Below are positions 1 to 7,547 of a DNA stretch of 64,000 nucleotides, piece after piece. The stretch's first letter is position 1, and every line of letters begins with the position of its first letter. The notes under the pieces were generated by a model. That model saw only the letters and a list, made by a program, of their open reading frames with translations, had not been told where the DNA came from and did no database searches. Source of the DNA: Planctomycetota bacterium. GTDB lineage: Bacteria; Planctomycetota; UBA1135; UBA2386. The stretch is taken from positions 443 through 64,442 of the forward strand of contig JALORC010000080.1 in assembly GCA_025459175.1 (NCBI GenBank), written 5' to 3'. Made by a program: the position numbers and the translations under genes.

Positions 1-933
1 ATAGGAGCCCACGTCGCCATAGTCAGCGGCGAATACCGTCAAGGTGCTCGCTGTGACTCCACCGTACTCATTGGGCAAGTTGGTCGGCAGGTCTACGCCG
101 TTCTTCCTCCAGCGAAATGTCGGAGTCGCGGAGCCTGCAGTCTGCACGGAGAAGTTGACGTTGGCGCCGACGGTCAGTGACGAGCTCTGCGGTTGTTGGG
201 TTACCGTACAGAGCGAGGCGCAAGGAGTGATCGCCACGTCGTCAACATAGAAGTAATTGAGCGAAGTGACGGGGTCCGTATTGAAGGCCCCGATGGTCAC
301 GGTGTAGTTCGTGCTTACAGGTGGATCGAAGACGCCGGATACGCTGGCATAACCAGCAGTTGATCCGACCAAGCGACTCACCTGAGGAGCCAGTCCGAGC
401 GGATTTCCTGGTGCGCCGATTGAGAAATGGACTCCCAGAGTAGCGGGAACGTTGCCATCCACGCGCCTCGCAAAGAACTCCACGAAGTATCGGTTGGACG
501 AAGCAAGCGTCGTTGTTGTGCCGCCGCGCAGGTACTCGCGATAGGACCCATTGGCCGGGTTGCCCATGGCGATGCCGATGTGGGCGTTGCCTGACCGTGG
601 CGATGGCGAGTAGTTGAGGCAGCCGATGTTGCCGGTCGAAGTATGGAAGTAGTCGGGTGAGTTGCTGCCGGTCCCGAGAGTCCAACCGCTGGCAAGGCTT
701 GCGCTGAAGTTGTTGGTGTTGATCGGGTTGCCACATGCCGGCAGGCCGTGATTCTGCTCGAAACCGCCATTGAACATGATCTGAGCACGTGCATTGCTTG
801 CCATGACGGCGGCCAACAGGCCCACAAAGCATCGCCCCACGACGCCAAGCCTGAGTGGGAACTTGCTGGTCGCATCGTCCGGTCGGACGCCATGGCAATT
901 GACGGGTGTGATGGTGGGAGGCATGGTTGGCAT
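1..933 (-). CDS. Secreted protein with C-terminal bacterial Ig-like domain (partial; 3' end lies beyond window start)
   Basis: Absent from the supplied ORF track because no stop lies inside the window. The reverse frame with codons ending at 933,930,...,3 has no stop (checked triplet by triplet). Translation starts MPTMPPTITPVNCHGVRPDDATSKFPLRLGVVGRCFVGLLAAVMASNARAQ (signal-peptide-like), then IMFNGGFEQNHGLPACGNPINTNNF... At the window edge it reads ...SSLTVGANVNFSVQTAGSATPTFRWRKNGVDLPTNLP..., which resembles bacterial Ig-like repeats. Start is 933 or 924. The region is visibly more AT-rich than its surroundings. Confidence 0.6.
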   Translation of the reverse strand, partial: MPTMPPTITPVNCHGVRPDDATSKFPLRLGVVGRCFVGLLAAVMASNARAQIMFNGGFEQNHGLPACGNPINTNNFSASLASGWTLGTGSNSPDYFHTSTGNIGCLNYSPSPRSGNAHIGIAMGNPANGSYREYLRGGTTTTLASSNRYFVEFFARRVDGNVPATLGVHFSIGAPGNPLGLAPQVSRLVGSTAGYASVSGVFDPPVSTNYTVTIGAFNTDPVTSLNYFYVDDVAITPCASLCTVTQQPQSSSLTVGANVNFSVQTAGSATPTFRWRKNGVDLPTNLPNEYGGVTASTLTVFAADYGDVGSY

Positions 934-1184
934 CGAGGTTTGATCGGGTCGCGAGAGTCGCGTCGGGTTCAGTGCCAGGGATGCCTCCAGCCGGACAAGA
1001 ATCTTGGGGCCGCGGGGCGGATCGAGCGCCGCCGTGCCTGTTCGGCCACGGGGCTTCGTAGCGAGCTGATCGGGCGGATCACAGCGCGCACCCGGGCCGT
1101 GGGTCAGGCCGTCGCCGCCGGTTCTGCGCGGCACCCAGGGCTTGACGAAACCGCCGGCGCCCTCTTTCCTAAGAGTCCTTTAGG

Positions 1185-3878
1185 ATGATCCGCCCAGCCA
1201 TCGGTTTCACGTTCTGCCTCGCCGCGTCCTCGCTCGACGCCCAGGCGCCGACCGACTGGTGGGCCTACCGCCCGGTGCAGCGCCCGGAGGTGCCGGCGGT
1301 CCGACGCGCCGATTGGGTCCGCACGCCGGTCGACGCGTTCGTGCTGGCGAAGCTCGAGGCGAACGGACTGCAGCCGGCCCCGGCTGCCGATCGCCATACG
1401 CTGCTGCGACGCATCACCTACGACCTGACCGGCCTGCCGCCGACGCCGGCCGAGATCGCCGCGTTCGTCGCCGACGACGGCGCCGATGCCTACGAACGGG
1501 TCGTCGACCGGTTGTTGGCATCGCCGCAGTACGGCGTCAAGTGGGCGCAGCACTGGCTCGACCTCGTTCGCTACGCCGAGACCGATGGCTACGAGCGCGA
1601 TCGGCCGAAGCCGGCCATCTGGCGCTACCGCGACTGGGTCGTCACGGCGCTGCAGAGCGACCTGCCGTATGCCGAGTTCGTGCACAAGCAGCTCGCTGGT
1701 GACGAACTGCCGGACCCGAAGGTCGCGGACCTGGTCGCCACCGGCTTCCATCGCCTCGGCATCTGGGACGACGAGCCGAGCGACCCGCTGCAGCATCGCT
1801 ACGACGACCTCGACACCATCGCCGACACGACGGCGCGCGCCTTCCTCGCCGTCTCGATGGGCTGTGCGCGCTGCCACGACCACAAGAAGGACCCGCTCAG
1901 CCACCGCGAGTACCACGGCTTCCTCGGCTTCTTCGAGAACCTGAAGCCGTACGACCTGCGCGCGCAGACGGTGCCGGTCGACGGTGCGCGCGCCCGCTTC
2001 GACGCCGCGATCGCCGACTACAGCGGCCGCCGCAGCGGTCTGGTCGCGGCGCTGTCGGCGCGCGGACGCTCGCGCTGGGACGAGCTGAGTGCGGTGCAAC
2101 AGCGTGAACGGCTCGAGCAGGCGCGCGCCGCGGTGCTGGCCAGCTATCCGGGCGATCGCGGCAGTGCGACGCAGTTGCTCGACGAGGTCGGCGACCGCCA
2201 CGGCGCCGTCGACGGCCAGGTGGTGCAGGTGCCGGGGCACCGTGGTCAGGCGCTGCGGTTCGACGGCGACGACGCAGTGGTGTTGCCGCGCCTGGTCGCG
2301 GATTCGTTCAGTGTCGCGTTCTTCGTGCGCAGCGATCAGCGCGGTGCGGGTCGCGACAGCGACCTGCGCTGGTTCACCGGCACCGGTCTCGTCGACGGCG
2401 AGGTGTCCGGCATCACCGCCGACTGGGGCATCGCGTGGCTCGGCGACGGTCGCGTGGTCGCCGGCACCGGCGACCCGGAGACGTTCGTCGGTTCGGGGCC
2501 GGGTCACCACGACGGGCAGTGGCATCACGTGGTGTTCACGCGCGATCAGGCCAATGGGCGCATCGCGCTCTACGTCGATGGTGGGCTCGCCGGCGAGGCC
2601 ACCGGCGGCACGCAGTCGTTGACCGCACCGCCGCGGCTCGTCGTCGGTCGGGCCCAGGTCGGTGGGCCGGGTTTCCGCGGCGATCTCGACGAGCTGCAGT
2701 TCTTCCTTCGGGCGCTGTCGGCGGCCGAGGTGGCGGCGCTGGCGTTGGAGCTGCCCGGCGGCATCGCCTCGGGTGCGGACCTCCAGGGGCAAGCGGAACT
2801 CACCGCGCTCGCGACGCTGCAGCGCCCCGACCTCGACACCGTCGACGTGTTGGCGGTCGCCGAGCACGGGCCCAACGGCCCGGTGCCGGTGGTGCGGCTG
2901 CGCGGCAACGTGCACAGCCAGGGTGCCCAGGTCGCGCTCGGGTTCCCGTCGATGCTCGGTGCGTCGTCGCCGCCAGCACTGCAGCCGACCGCCCACAGCA
3001 GCGGGCGCCGCACCGCGCTGGCGCGTTGGATCGTCGATCCCGCCAACCCGCTCACGTGGCGCGTGCTCGCCAATCGGCTCTGGCAGCACCATTTCGGCCG
3101 CGGCCTCGCGCGTTCGAGCAACGACTTCGGGCGCCTCGGCGACCTGCCGACGCACCCCGAACTGCTCGACTGGCTCGCCTGCGAAGTGCTCGCGCGCGGC
3201 CAGAGCCTGAAGGCGATGCATCGACTGCTGGTGACGTCGAACGCGTACCGGATGGCGTCGGATGCCGAACCGGACGCACTGGCGCGCGATCCGCTCAACG
3301 ACCTGCTGTGGCGGTTCGATCGCCGTCGTCTCACGGCGGAGGAAGTGCGCGACTCGGTGCTGGCGTGCAGCGGCGACCTCAACCTGGAGCTCGGTGGGCC
3401 GAGCGTGTTCCCGCCGATGCCGGCCGAGGTGCTGGCGACCGCGTCGAACCCGGACGCCGCGTGGGGGCGCTCGCCGCCCGAGCAGGCGGCGCGCCGCAGC
3501 CTCTACGTGCACGTGAAGCGCTCGCTGCCGGAGCCGTTGCTGTCGGCGTTCGATCGCGCCGACACCGATGCGAGCTGCCCGGTGCGCTTCGCGACCATCC
3601 AGCCGACGCAGGCCCTGACGCTGCTGAACGGTGAGTTCGCCAACGTGCAGGCCGAGCGCTTCGCGGCGCGGCTCGCGCGCGAGGCGGCCGAGGTGCGGGC
3701 GCGACTCGCACGCGGCCTCGAGCTGGTCACGCAGCGACCTGCGCGCGCGGCGGATCTCGAGCGGCTGCTCGCCCTGTTCGACGAGTTGCGGCGCGACCAC
3801 GGCCGCAGCGAGACCGAGGCCTTGCAGCGCTGCTGCCTGGTGCTGCTCAACTGCAACGAGTTCCTGTTCCTGGATTGA
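1185..3878 (+). CDS. DUF1549 / LamG-like / DUF1553 domain protein (PSD-type, planctomycete-style)
   Basis: 897-aa ORF. N-terminal part ...DAFVLAKLEANGLQPAPAADRHTLLRRITYDLTGLPPTPAEIAAFV...LASPQYGVKWAQHWLDLVRYAETDGYERD fits DUF1549. Central LamG-like segment: HHVVFTRDQANGRIALYVDG...DLDELQFFLRALSAAEV. C-terminal part ...LARWIVDPANPLTWRVLANRLWQHHFGRGL...LNCNEFLFLD fits DUF1553. The opposite-strand 898-aa ORF is an Arg-rich shadow. Confidence 0.9.
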   Translation: MIRPAIGFTFCLAASSLDAQAPTDWWAYRPVQRPEVPAVRRADWVRTPVDAFVLAKLEANGLQPAPAADRHTLLRRITYDLTGLPPTPAEIAAFVADDGADAYERVVDRLLASPQYGVKWAQHWLDLVRYAETDGYERDRPKPAIWRYRDWVVTALQSDLPYAEFVHKQLAGDELPDPKVADLVATGFHRLGIWDDEPSDPLQHRYDDLDTIADTTARAFLAVSMGCARCHDHKKDPLSHREYHGFLGFFENLKPYDLRAQTVPVDGARARFDAAIADYSGRRSGLVAALSARGRSRWDELSAVQQRERLEQARAAVLASYPGDRGSATQLLDEVGDRHGAVDGQVVQVPGHRGQALRFDGDDAVVLPRLVADSFSVAFFVRSDQRGAGRDSDLRWFTGTGLVDGEVSGITADWGIAWLGDGRVVAGTGDPETFVGSGPGHHDGQWHHVVFTRDQANGRIALYVDGGLAGEATGGTQSLTAPPRLVVGRAQVGGPGFRGDLDELQFFLRALSAAEVAALALELPGGIASGADLQGQAELTALATLQRPDLDTVDVLAVAEHGPNGPVPVVRLRGNVHSQGAQVALGFPSMLGASSPPALQPTAHSSGRRTALARWIVDPANPLTWRVLANRLWQHHFGRGLARSSNDFGRLGDLPTHPELLDWLACEVLARGQSLKAMHRLLVTSNAYRMASDAEPDALARDPLNDLLWRFDRRRLTAEEVRDSVLACSGDLNLELGGPSVFPPMPAEVLATASNPDAAWGRSPPEQAARRSLYVHVKRSLPEPLLSAFDRADTDASCPVRFATIQPTQALTLLNGEFANVQAERFAARLAREAAEVRARLARGLELVTQRPARAADLERLLALFDELRRDHGRSETEALQRCCLVLLNCNEFLFLD

Positions 3879-5329
3879 TGCCCATGCAACCGCGCAACAC
3901 GTTCTGCGGTCGAACCCGCCGCGAGTTCCTGGCCCAGGCCGGCGCCGGCTTCCCGGCGCTGGCGCTCACCGATCTGCTGACGCGCGACGGCGTGTTCGGC
4001 GGCGGCGGCGCCGGCGTCGGCGGCCCGCTGCAGCCGAAGGCGCCGCACCACGCGCCGAAGGCGAAGGCCTGCATCTTCCTGTTCATGTACGGCGGTCCGA
4101 GCCAGGTCGACACGTTCGACTACAAGCCGAAGCTGTACGGACTGGACGGCAAGACGATCGACATCGCCACCAAGGGCCGCGGCGGCGCGAAGGGCCAGGG
4201 GCGCGTGGTCGGCCCGAAGTGGAAGTTCCGGCAGTACGGCGAGTGCGGGCACCACGTCAGCGACCTCTTCCCGCACACCGCGCGCTGCGTCGACGACATC
4301 GCGTTCGTGCACAGCATGTACGCGGAGTCGCCGCTGCACGGCTCGGCGATGCTGATGATGAACAGCGGTCGCATCCTGTCCGGCGCGCCGTGCCTCGGTT
4401 CGTGGCTGACCTACGGGCTCGGTACCGAGAACCAGAACCTGCCCGGCTTCGTGGTGATGTTGGACCAGAGCGGCGGCCCGATCTCCGGCGCCAAGAACTG
4501 GAACAGCGGCTACATGCCCGCGGTCTACCAGGGCACCGTGTTGCGCTCGCAGGGCGAGCCGATCCTCGACCTCGCGGTGCCGAGCGGCATGACCGCGCGC
4601 GAACAGCGGCGCCTGCTCGACGCGCTGCGCGAGCAGAACGAAGCGCATCTCGCGATGCGCGCCGAGGACAGCAACCTCGCGGCGCGCATCCAGAGCTACG
4701 AACTCGCCTACCGGATGCAGTCGCATGCGCCCGAGGCGATCGACCTGGCCAGCGAATCGGCGGCCACGCGGCGCCTGTACGGGCTCGACGACCCGCGCAC
4801 CGAGGACTTCGGCCGCAAGTGCCTGCTGGCGCGGCGGCTGGTCGAACGCGGCGTGCGCTTCGTGCAGGTCTACTCGGGCGGCAACCACAACGACCACAAC
4901 TGGGACGCGCACGGCGACCTGGTGCTTAACCACGAGAAGCACGCCGGCGCCACCGACCAGCCGGTTGCGGCGCTGCTGACGGATCTGAAGCAGCGCGGTC
5001 TGCTCGACTCGACGATCGTGGTCTGGGGCGGTGAGTTCGGCCGCCAGCCGACCGCCGAGTACGCCGAGGGCACCGGGCGCGATCACGACTCCGAGGGCTT
5101 CACGATGTGGCTCGCCGGCGGTGGCATCCGCCCCGGCATCAAGGTCGGCGCCACCGACGAACTCGGCTACAAGGCGGTCGAGAAGCCGTTCCACGTCAAG
5201 CATCTGCACGCGACGATCCTGCAGCAGATGGGGCTCGACCCGAATCGCCTCGCGTTCTTCCACGCCGGCCTCGACCAGCGGCTGGTCGGCACCGAAGGGG
5301 CGCAGCCGATCCGCGAACTGATCGCGTGA
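3878..5329 (+). CDS. DUF1501 family protein (sulfatase-like fold) with twin-arginine-type signal
   Basis: Twin-arginine-like leader MPMQPRNTFCGRTRREFLAQAGAGFPALAL. Motifs ...FLFMYGGPSQVDTFDYKP... and ...VVWGGEFGRQP...GRDH... fit DUF1501, the usual partner of DUF1549/DUF1553 genes. Stop/start overlap TGATG at 3876-3880. The track start 3875 is TTG; ATG 3878 is preferred. Confidence 0.9.
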   Translation: MPMQPRNTFCGRTRREFLAQAGAGFPALALTDLLTRDGVFGGGGAGVGGPLQPKAPHHAPKAKACIFLFMYGGPSQVDTFDYKPKLYGLDGKTIDIATKGRGGAKGQGRVVGPKWKFRQYGECGHHVSDLFPHTARCVDDIAFVHSMYAESPLHGSAMLMMNSGRILSGAPCLGSWLTYGLGTENQNLPGFVVMLDQSGGPISGAKNWNSGYMPAVYQGTVLRSQGEPILDLAVPSGMTAREQRRLLDALREQNEAHLAMRAEDSNLAARIQSYELAYRMQSHAPEAIDLASESAATRRLYGLDDPRTEDFGRKCLLARRLVERGVRFVQVYSGGNHNDHNWDAHGDLVLNHEKHAGATDQPVAALLTDLKQRGLLDSTIVVWGGEFGRQPTAEYAEGTGRDHDSEGFTMWLAGGGIRPGIKVGATDELGYKAVEKPFHVKHLHATILQQMGLDPNRLAFFHAGLDQRLVGTEGAQPIRELIA

Positions 5330-5351
5330 GCGTTCGGTTTCGGCACCGCCT

Positions 5352-5615
5352 TCAGTTGCGCGATGGTCGGGGCGGGCTTGCTTCGTCGTCGTCGTCCTGC
5401 GACCCCATGTCCAGGGCGACCAGCGCCGCCAGGTAGAACGCGGTCTGATCGGGGCGCTCGGCCATGAATTCGCGGGCCACCGCGACGAACTCGCGGAAGC
5501 GGATCAGCCCGCCCTCGCCGCGGCCGAGCAGGCGGTTGCCGAAATCGATCGCGTGCGGAGTGGCGAGCCGTCGCAGCGAGGCGCGGGCGAGGGCAGGTGG
5601 GGACGGGTGATGCAT
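5352..5615 (-). CDS. Hypothetical small protein (87 aa), last ORF of the selenoprotein operon
   Basis: The ORF lies 108 nt downstream of the glycosyltransferase on the same strand. The sequence ...HAIDFGNRLLGRGEGGLIRFREFVAVAREFMAERPDQTAFYLAALVALDM... is not shadow-like in composition. No motif recognised and no clear RBS. Confidence 0.3.
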   Translation of the reverse strand: MHHPSPPALARASLRRLATPHAIDFGNRLLGRGEGGLIRFREFVAVAREFMAERPDQTAFYLAALVALDMGSQDDDDEASPPRPSRN

Positions 5616-5723
5616 GGGGCTGTCGCTTGGTCCTTCGCGGCCACACCGGGCCGCAGGACTTAGTGCGCGACCCGGGGCCGGCCGGGCGTGGATTTTCCGT
5701 GGCGAGGCGCGAGCTCCGCGTGG

Positions 5724-6701
5724 TCAGCGAGGCGGCAACACGCCGAGCTCGGTCAGCAGGGCGGCCAGCGCCGCGCGTTCGCGCGCCGGCGCCACCATCG
5801 GCTGCAGCTGCCGCGTGCGTTCGAGCAGCTGCGCGTAGAACCCCGGATCCTCGGCGCTGCGCCGCCACAGGGCCGCCAGGGCCGCGGCATCGCCGGGCGG
5901 GAACCGTCCCGGCCAGTCGGCACCGAGCAGGCCGAGGTTGCCGGGCACCGCAGTGGCGAGCAACGGGGTGCCGGCGGCGATCGCCTCGGAGACGACGTTG
6001 GCGCCGCCTTCGGCCGCGGACGGCACGATGCACAGGTGGCTGCTCGCCAGCAGCCGTCGCGCCGCGGTGCGCGGCAGTTCGCCGAGCCAGCGGGCGCGAG
6101 GATCGGCGGCGACGGCGGCACGCACCGCGGCGGTGGTCGCCGCTTCCAGCGGACTGCCCGCCAGCAGCAGCTCGCAACGCAGCTCGGCCGGCAGCAGGCG
6201 CAGTGCTTCGAGCGCCAGCAGCGGGGCTTTCACCGGGCGCAGGTGCGCCAGCACGCAGGCCCGGCAGCCGGCGGCGCGAGCGCTCCGGAACGCGGTCGCC
6301 GACTGCACGATCGTGCGTGCCTTGGCCCGCAGGAAGCCGGGGATCTGCACGATGGCGTCGGGCTGCAGGGCCACGATGGCACTGGCGCGCTCGAGCGCGG
6401 CCTGCGCCTGCGGGTCCGGCGTGAACTCCGGATAGACGTCGGTGCCGGCCAGCAGCACGACCACGCGCAGGCCTCGCAGCGCGGCCGCGGCGGCCGCCAC
6501 GCTGGCGGCGCTCTTCTGCGCGTGGATCGCGACCAGCAGTTCGCACGGTTCGCCTCGCCACTGTTGCACGAGACGCGGGCGCAAGCCGAGGCTGCGCAGG
6601 TGCGCCGCCCAGCGCAGCGCGGTGATGCGATTGCCATTGCGGCTGCCGCGGGCCGCCGGGGTGACCAGGAGCACGCGCGCGGCCGCGCCGGGCGGACTCA
6701 C
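5724..6701 (-). CDS. GT-B fold glycosyltransferase (family 1/4-like), possibly SenB/TIGR04348-like
   Basis: ORF 5724..6773 is trimmed to GTG 6701, which overlaps the stop of the upstream selenoprotein gene (GTGA). N-terminus: VSPPGAAARVLLVTPAARGSRNGNRITALRWAAHLRSLGLRP...ELLVAIHAQKSA. C-terminal half ...LLLAGSPLE...CIVPSAAEGGANVVSEAIAAGTPLLAT... is typical of GT1/GT4 enzymes. The GNRxTAxRWA N-terminal pattern resembles the TIGR04348/SenB selenosugar-synthase family as I recall it; this is not verified. Confidence 0.8.
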   Translation of the reverse strand: MSPPGAAARVLLVTPAARGSRNGNRITALRWAAHLRSLGLRPRLVQQWRGEPCELLVAIHAQKSAASVAAAAAALRGLRVVVLLAGTDVYPEFTPDPQAQAALERASAIVALQPDAIVQIPGFLRAKARTIVQSATAFRSARAAGCRACVLAHLRPVKAPLLALEALRLLPAELRCELLLAGSPLEAATTAAVRAAVAADPRARWLGELPRTAARRLLASSHLCIVPSAAEGGANVVSEAIAAGTPLLATAVPGNLGLLGADWPGRFPPGDAAALAALWRRSAEDPGFYAQLLERTRQLQPMVAPARERAALAALLTELGVLPPR

Positions 6702-6928
6702 CGTTCCTGCAGTTGGCTCAGGATCTGCTCGGCCTCCGGGAAGCGATCGCCGTCGCGATGTCGCTTGTCCCACAGCAGCCTGCCGTCGACGGTGACGACG
6801 AAGTCCCCGCGGCCACCGGGCTTCTTGTCGACGACGGCGCGCGGATGCACCCGCTGGATCGCGGCGGCCAGACCGGTCGCCTTGGGCAGGTAGTTTCAGA
6901 CCACGCAGTATTCGATCGTCACGCGCAT
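6698..6928 (-). CDS. SelW/Rdx-family selenoprotein (76 aa) with in-frame UGA = selenocysteine at codon 11
   Basis: Not in the ORF track because of the in-frame TGA at 6896-6898. Reverse-strand translation from ATG 6928: MRVTIEYCVV-U(TGA)-NYLPKATGLAAAIQRVHPRAVVDKKPGGRGDFVVTVDGRLLWDKRHRDGDRFPEAEQILSQLQER-stop (6698-6700). It aligns along its full length with the SelW/Rdx pattern: a beta1 strand, then a CxxU/CxxC redox motif, later GxFxVxVxGxLxxxK. Compare mammalian SelW VRVVYCGAUGYKSKY...[20 protein letters not shown]. A SECIS-like hairpin follows the UGA. Confidence 0.8.
6863..6881 (-). promoter_or_regulatory. Candidate bacterial SECIS hairpin
   Basis: Starting 14 nt 3' of the UGA, the mRNA reads GGCG-A-CC[GGUCU]GG-C-CGCC. 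That gives 6 G-C pairs with one A/C mismatch and a 5-nt apical loop beginning GGU. The loop resembles the GGUC-containing apical loop of E. coli fdhF SECIS at a comparable distance from the UGA. Folded by eye only. Confidence 0.5.
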
Positions 6929-6991
6929 GGCGGCGAGTCTACGGCGCGGAACTGGCTGGGACCAACGATCGCCTCGCCGGCGCGCTCGGGG

Positions 6992-7387
6992 TCAGCCTCG
7001 CGGGCGTCGGCCGGCGGCGATCGCCAGCAAAAGCCAGCCGATCAGGAACGCCACCCCGCCGAACGGGGTCACCGCACCGAGCCATCGCAGCCCGGTCCAC
7101 GTCATCGCGTACAACGAGCCGCTGAACAGCAGGATGCCCGCGACGAAGCTCCAGCCGGCCGCGGTCGTGCGGTGGCCCTGGCCGGCCAGCGCGCCGCAGC
7201 CGAGCAACGCCAGCGCGTGGTACATCTGGTAGCGCGCCCCGGTCTCGAACGTCACCAGGGCGGCGGCGTCGTAGTGGGCCTTCATGCCGTGCGCGGCGAA
7301 GGCGCCGAGTCCCACCGCGAGCCCGGCCAGCAGGGCGCCCAGGCGCAGGAACGGGGACCCGGAGCGGGGCGGCTCGATGTCGTGCAT
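6992..7387 (-). CDS. DUF423 family membrane protein (YgdD/TMEM256-like)
   Basis: 131 aa with about four hydrophobic helices. Motifs ...GLGAFAAHGMKAH...ETGARYQMYHALALL...LLFSGSLY... match my recollection of DUF423. Confidence 0.85.
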   Translation of the reverse strand: MHDIEPPRSGSPFLRLGALLAGLAVGLGAFAAHGMKAHYDAAALVTFETGARYQMYHALALLGCGALAGQGHRTTAAGWSFVAGILLFSGSLYAMTWTGLRWLGAVTPFGGVAFLIGWLLLAIAAGRRPRG

Positions 7388-7418
7388 CCGCCCATGCTAC
7401 GGGCCCCCTGGGCTCGGG

Positions 7419-7547
7419 TCAGCGGCAGTGGCGGACCGGCGGTCGGAAGCAGTGGCCGCCGCCGCGGTGGTGGTGGAAGTGGCAGGCGGCGAGGCTGGCA
7501 CCGAGCAGCGCCAGCACGAACCAACGGAACGAACGTCGCATCGTCAT
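7419..7547 (-). CDS. Small His/Cys-rich lipoprotein-like peptide (42 aa)
   Basis: ATG 7547 is preceded by GGAGG 7 nt upstream (reverse strand GGAGGCAATCCCATG). Sequence: MTMRRSFRWFVLALLGASLAAC-HFHHHRGGGHCFRPPVRHCR. It has a signal peptide with a lipobox-like LAAC. The 21-residue mature part carries 6 His and 3 Cys. The track shows it only as the tail of a 110-aa ORF. Confidence 0.5.
   Translation of the reverse strand: MTMRRSFRWFVLALLGASLAACHFHHHRGGGHCFRPPVRHCR

Noticed and set aside
1104-3800. 898-aa reverse-strand ORF overlapping the DUF1549/DUF1553 gene. Similar long antisense ORFs occur at 8944-11814 (+), 18852-21365 (-), 36197-38410 (-), 43091-44785 (-), 47194-49464 (+) and 50681-52894 (-).
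   Set aside because: All are Arg/Ala/Gly/Glu/Val-rich with no motifs, and they lie exactly opposite ORFs with clear family signatures. These are typical shadow ORFs of a high-GC genome.
5616-5726. Possible second Sec/readthrough event. The glycosyltransferase TGA (5724-5726) is in the same frame as the downstream 87-aa ORF, with no stop in between.
   Set aside because: The linking segment (PRGARASPRKIHARPAPGRALSPAARCGREGPSDSP) is low-complexity and Arg/Pro-rich, and there is no CxxU-like context. The only hairpin (CGCGG-AGC-UCGCG) starts 4 nt after the TGA, too close and without a SECIS-like loop. Open frames of this length arise by chance at this GC content.
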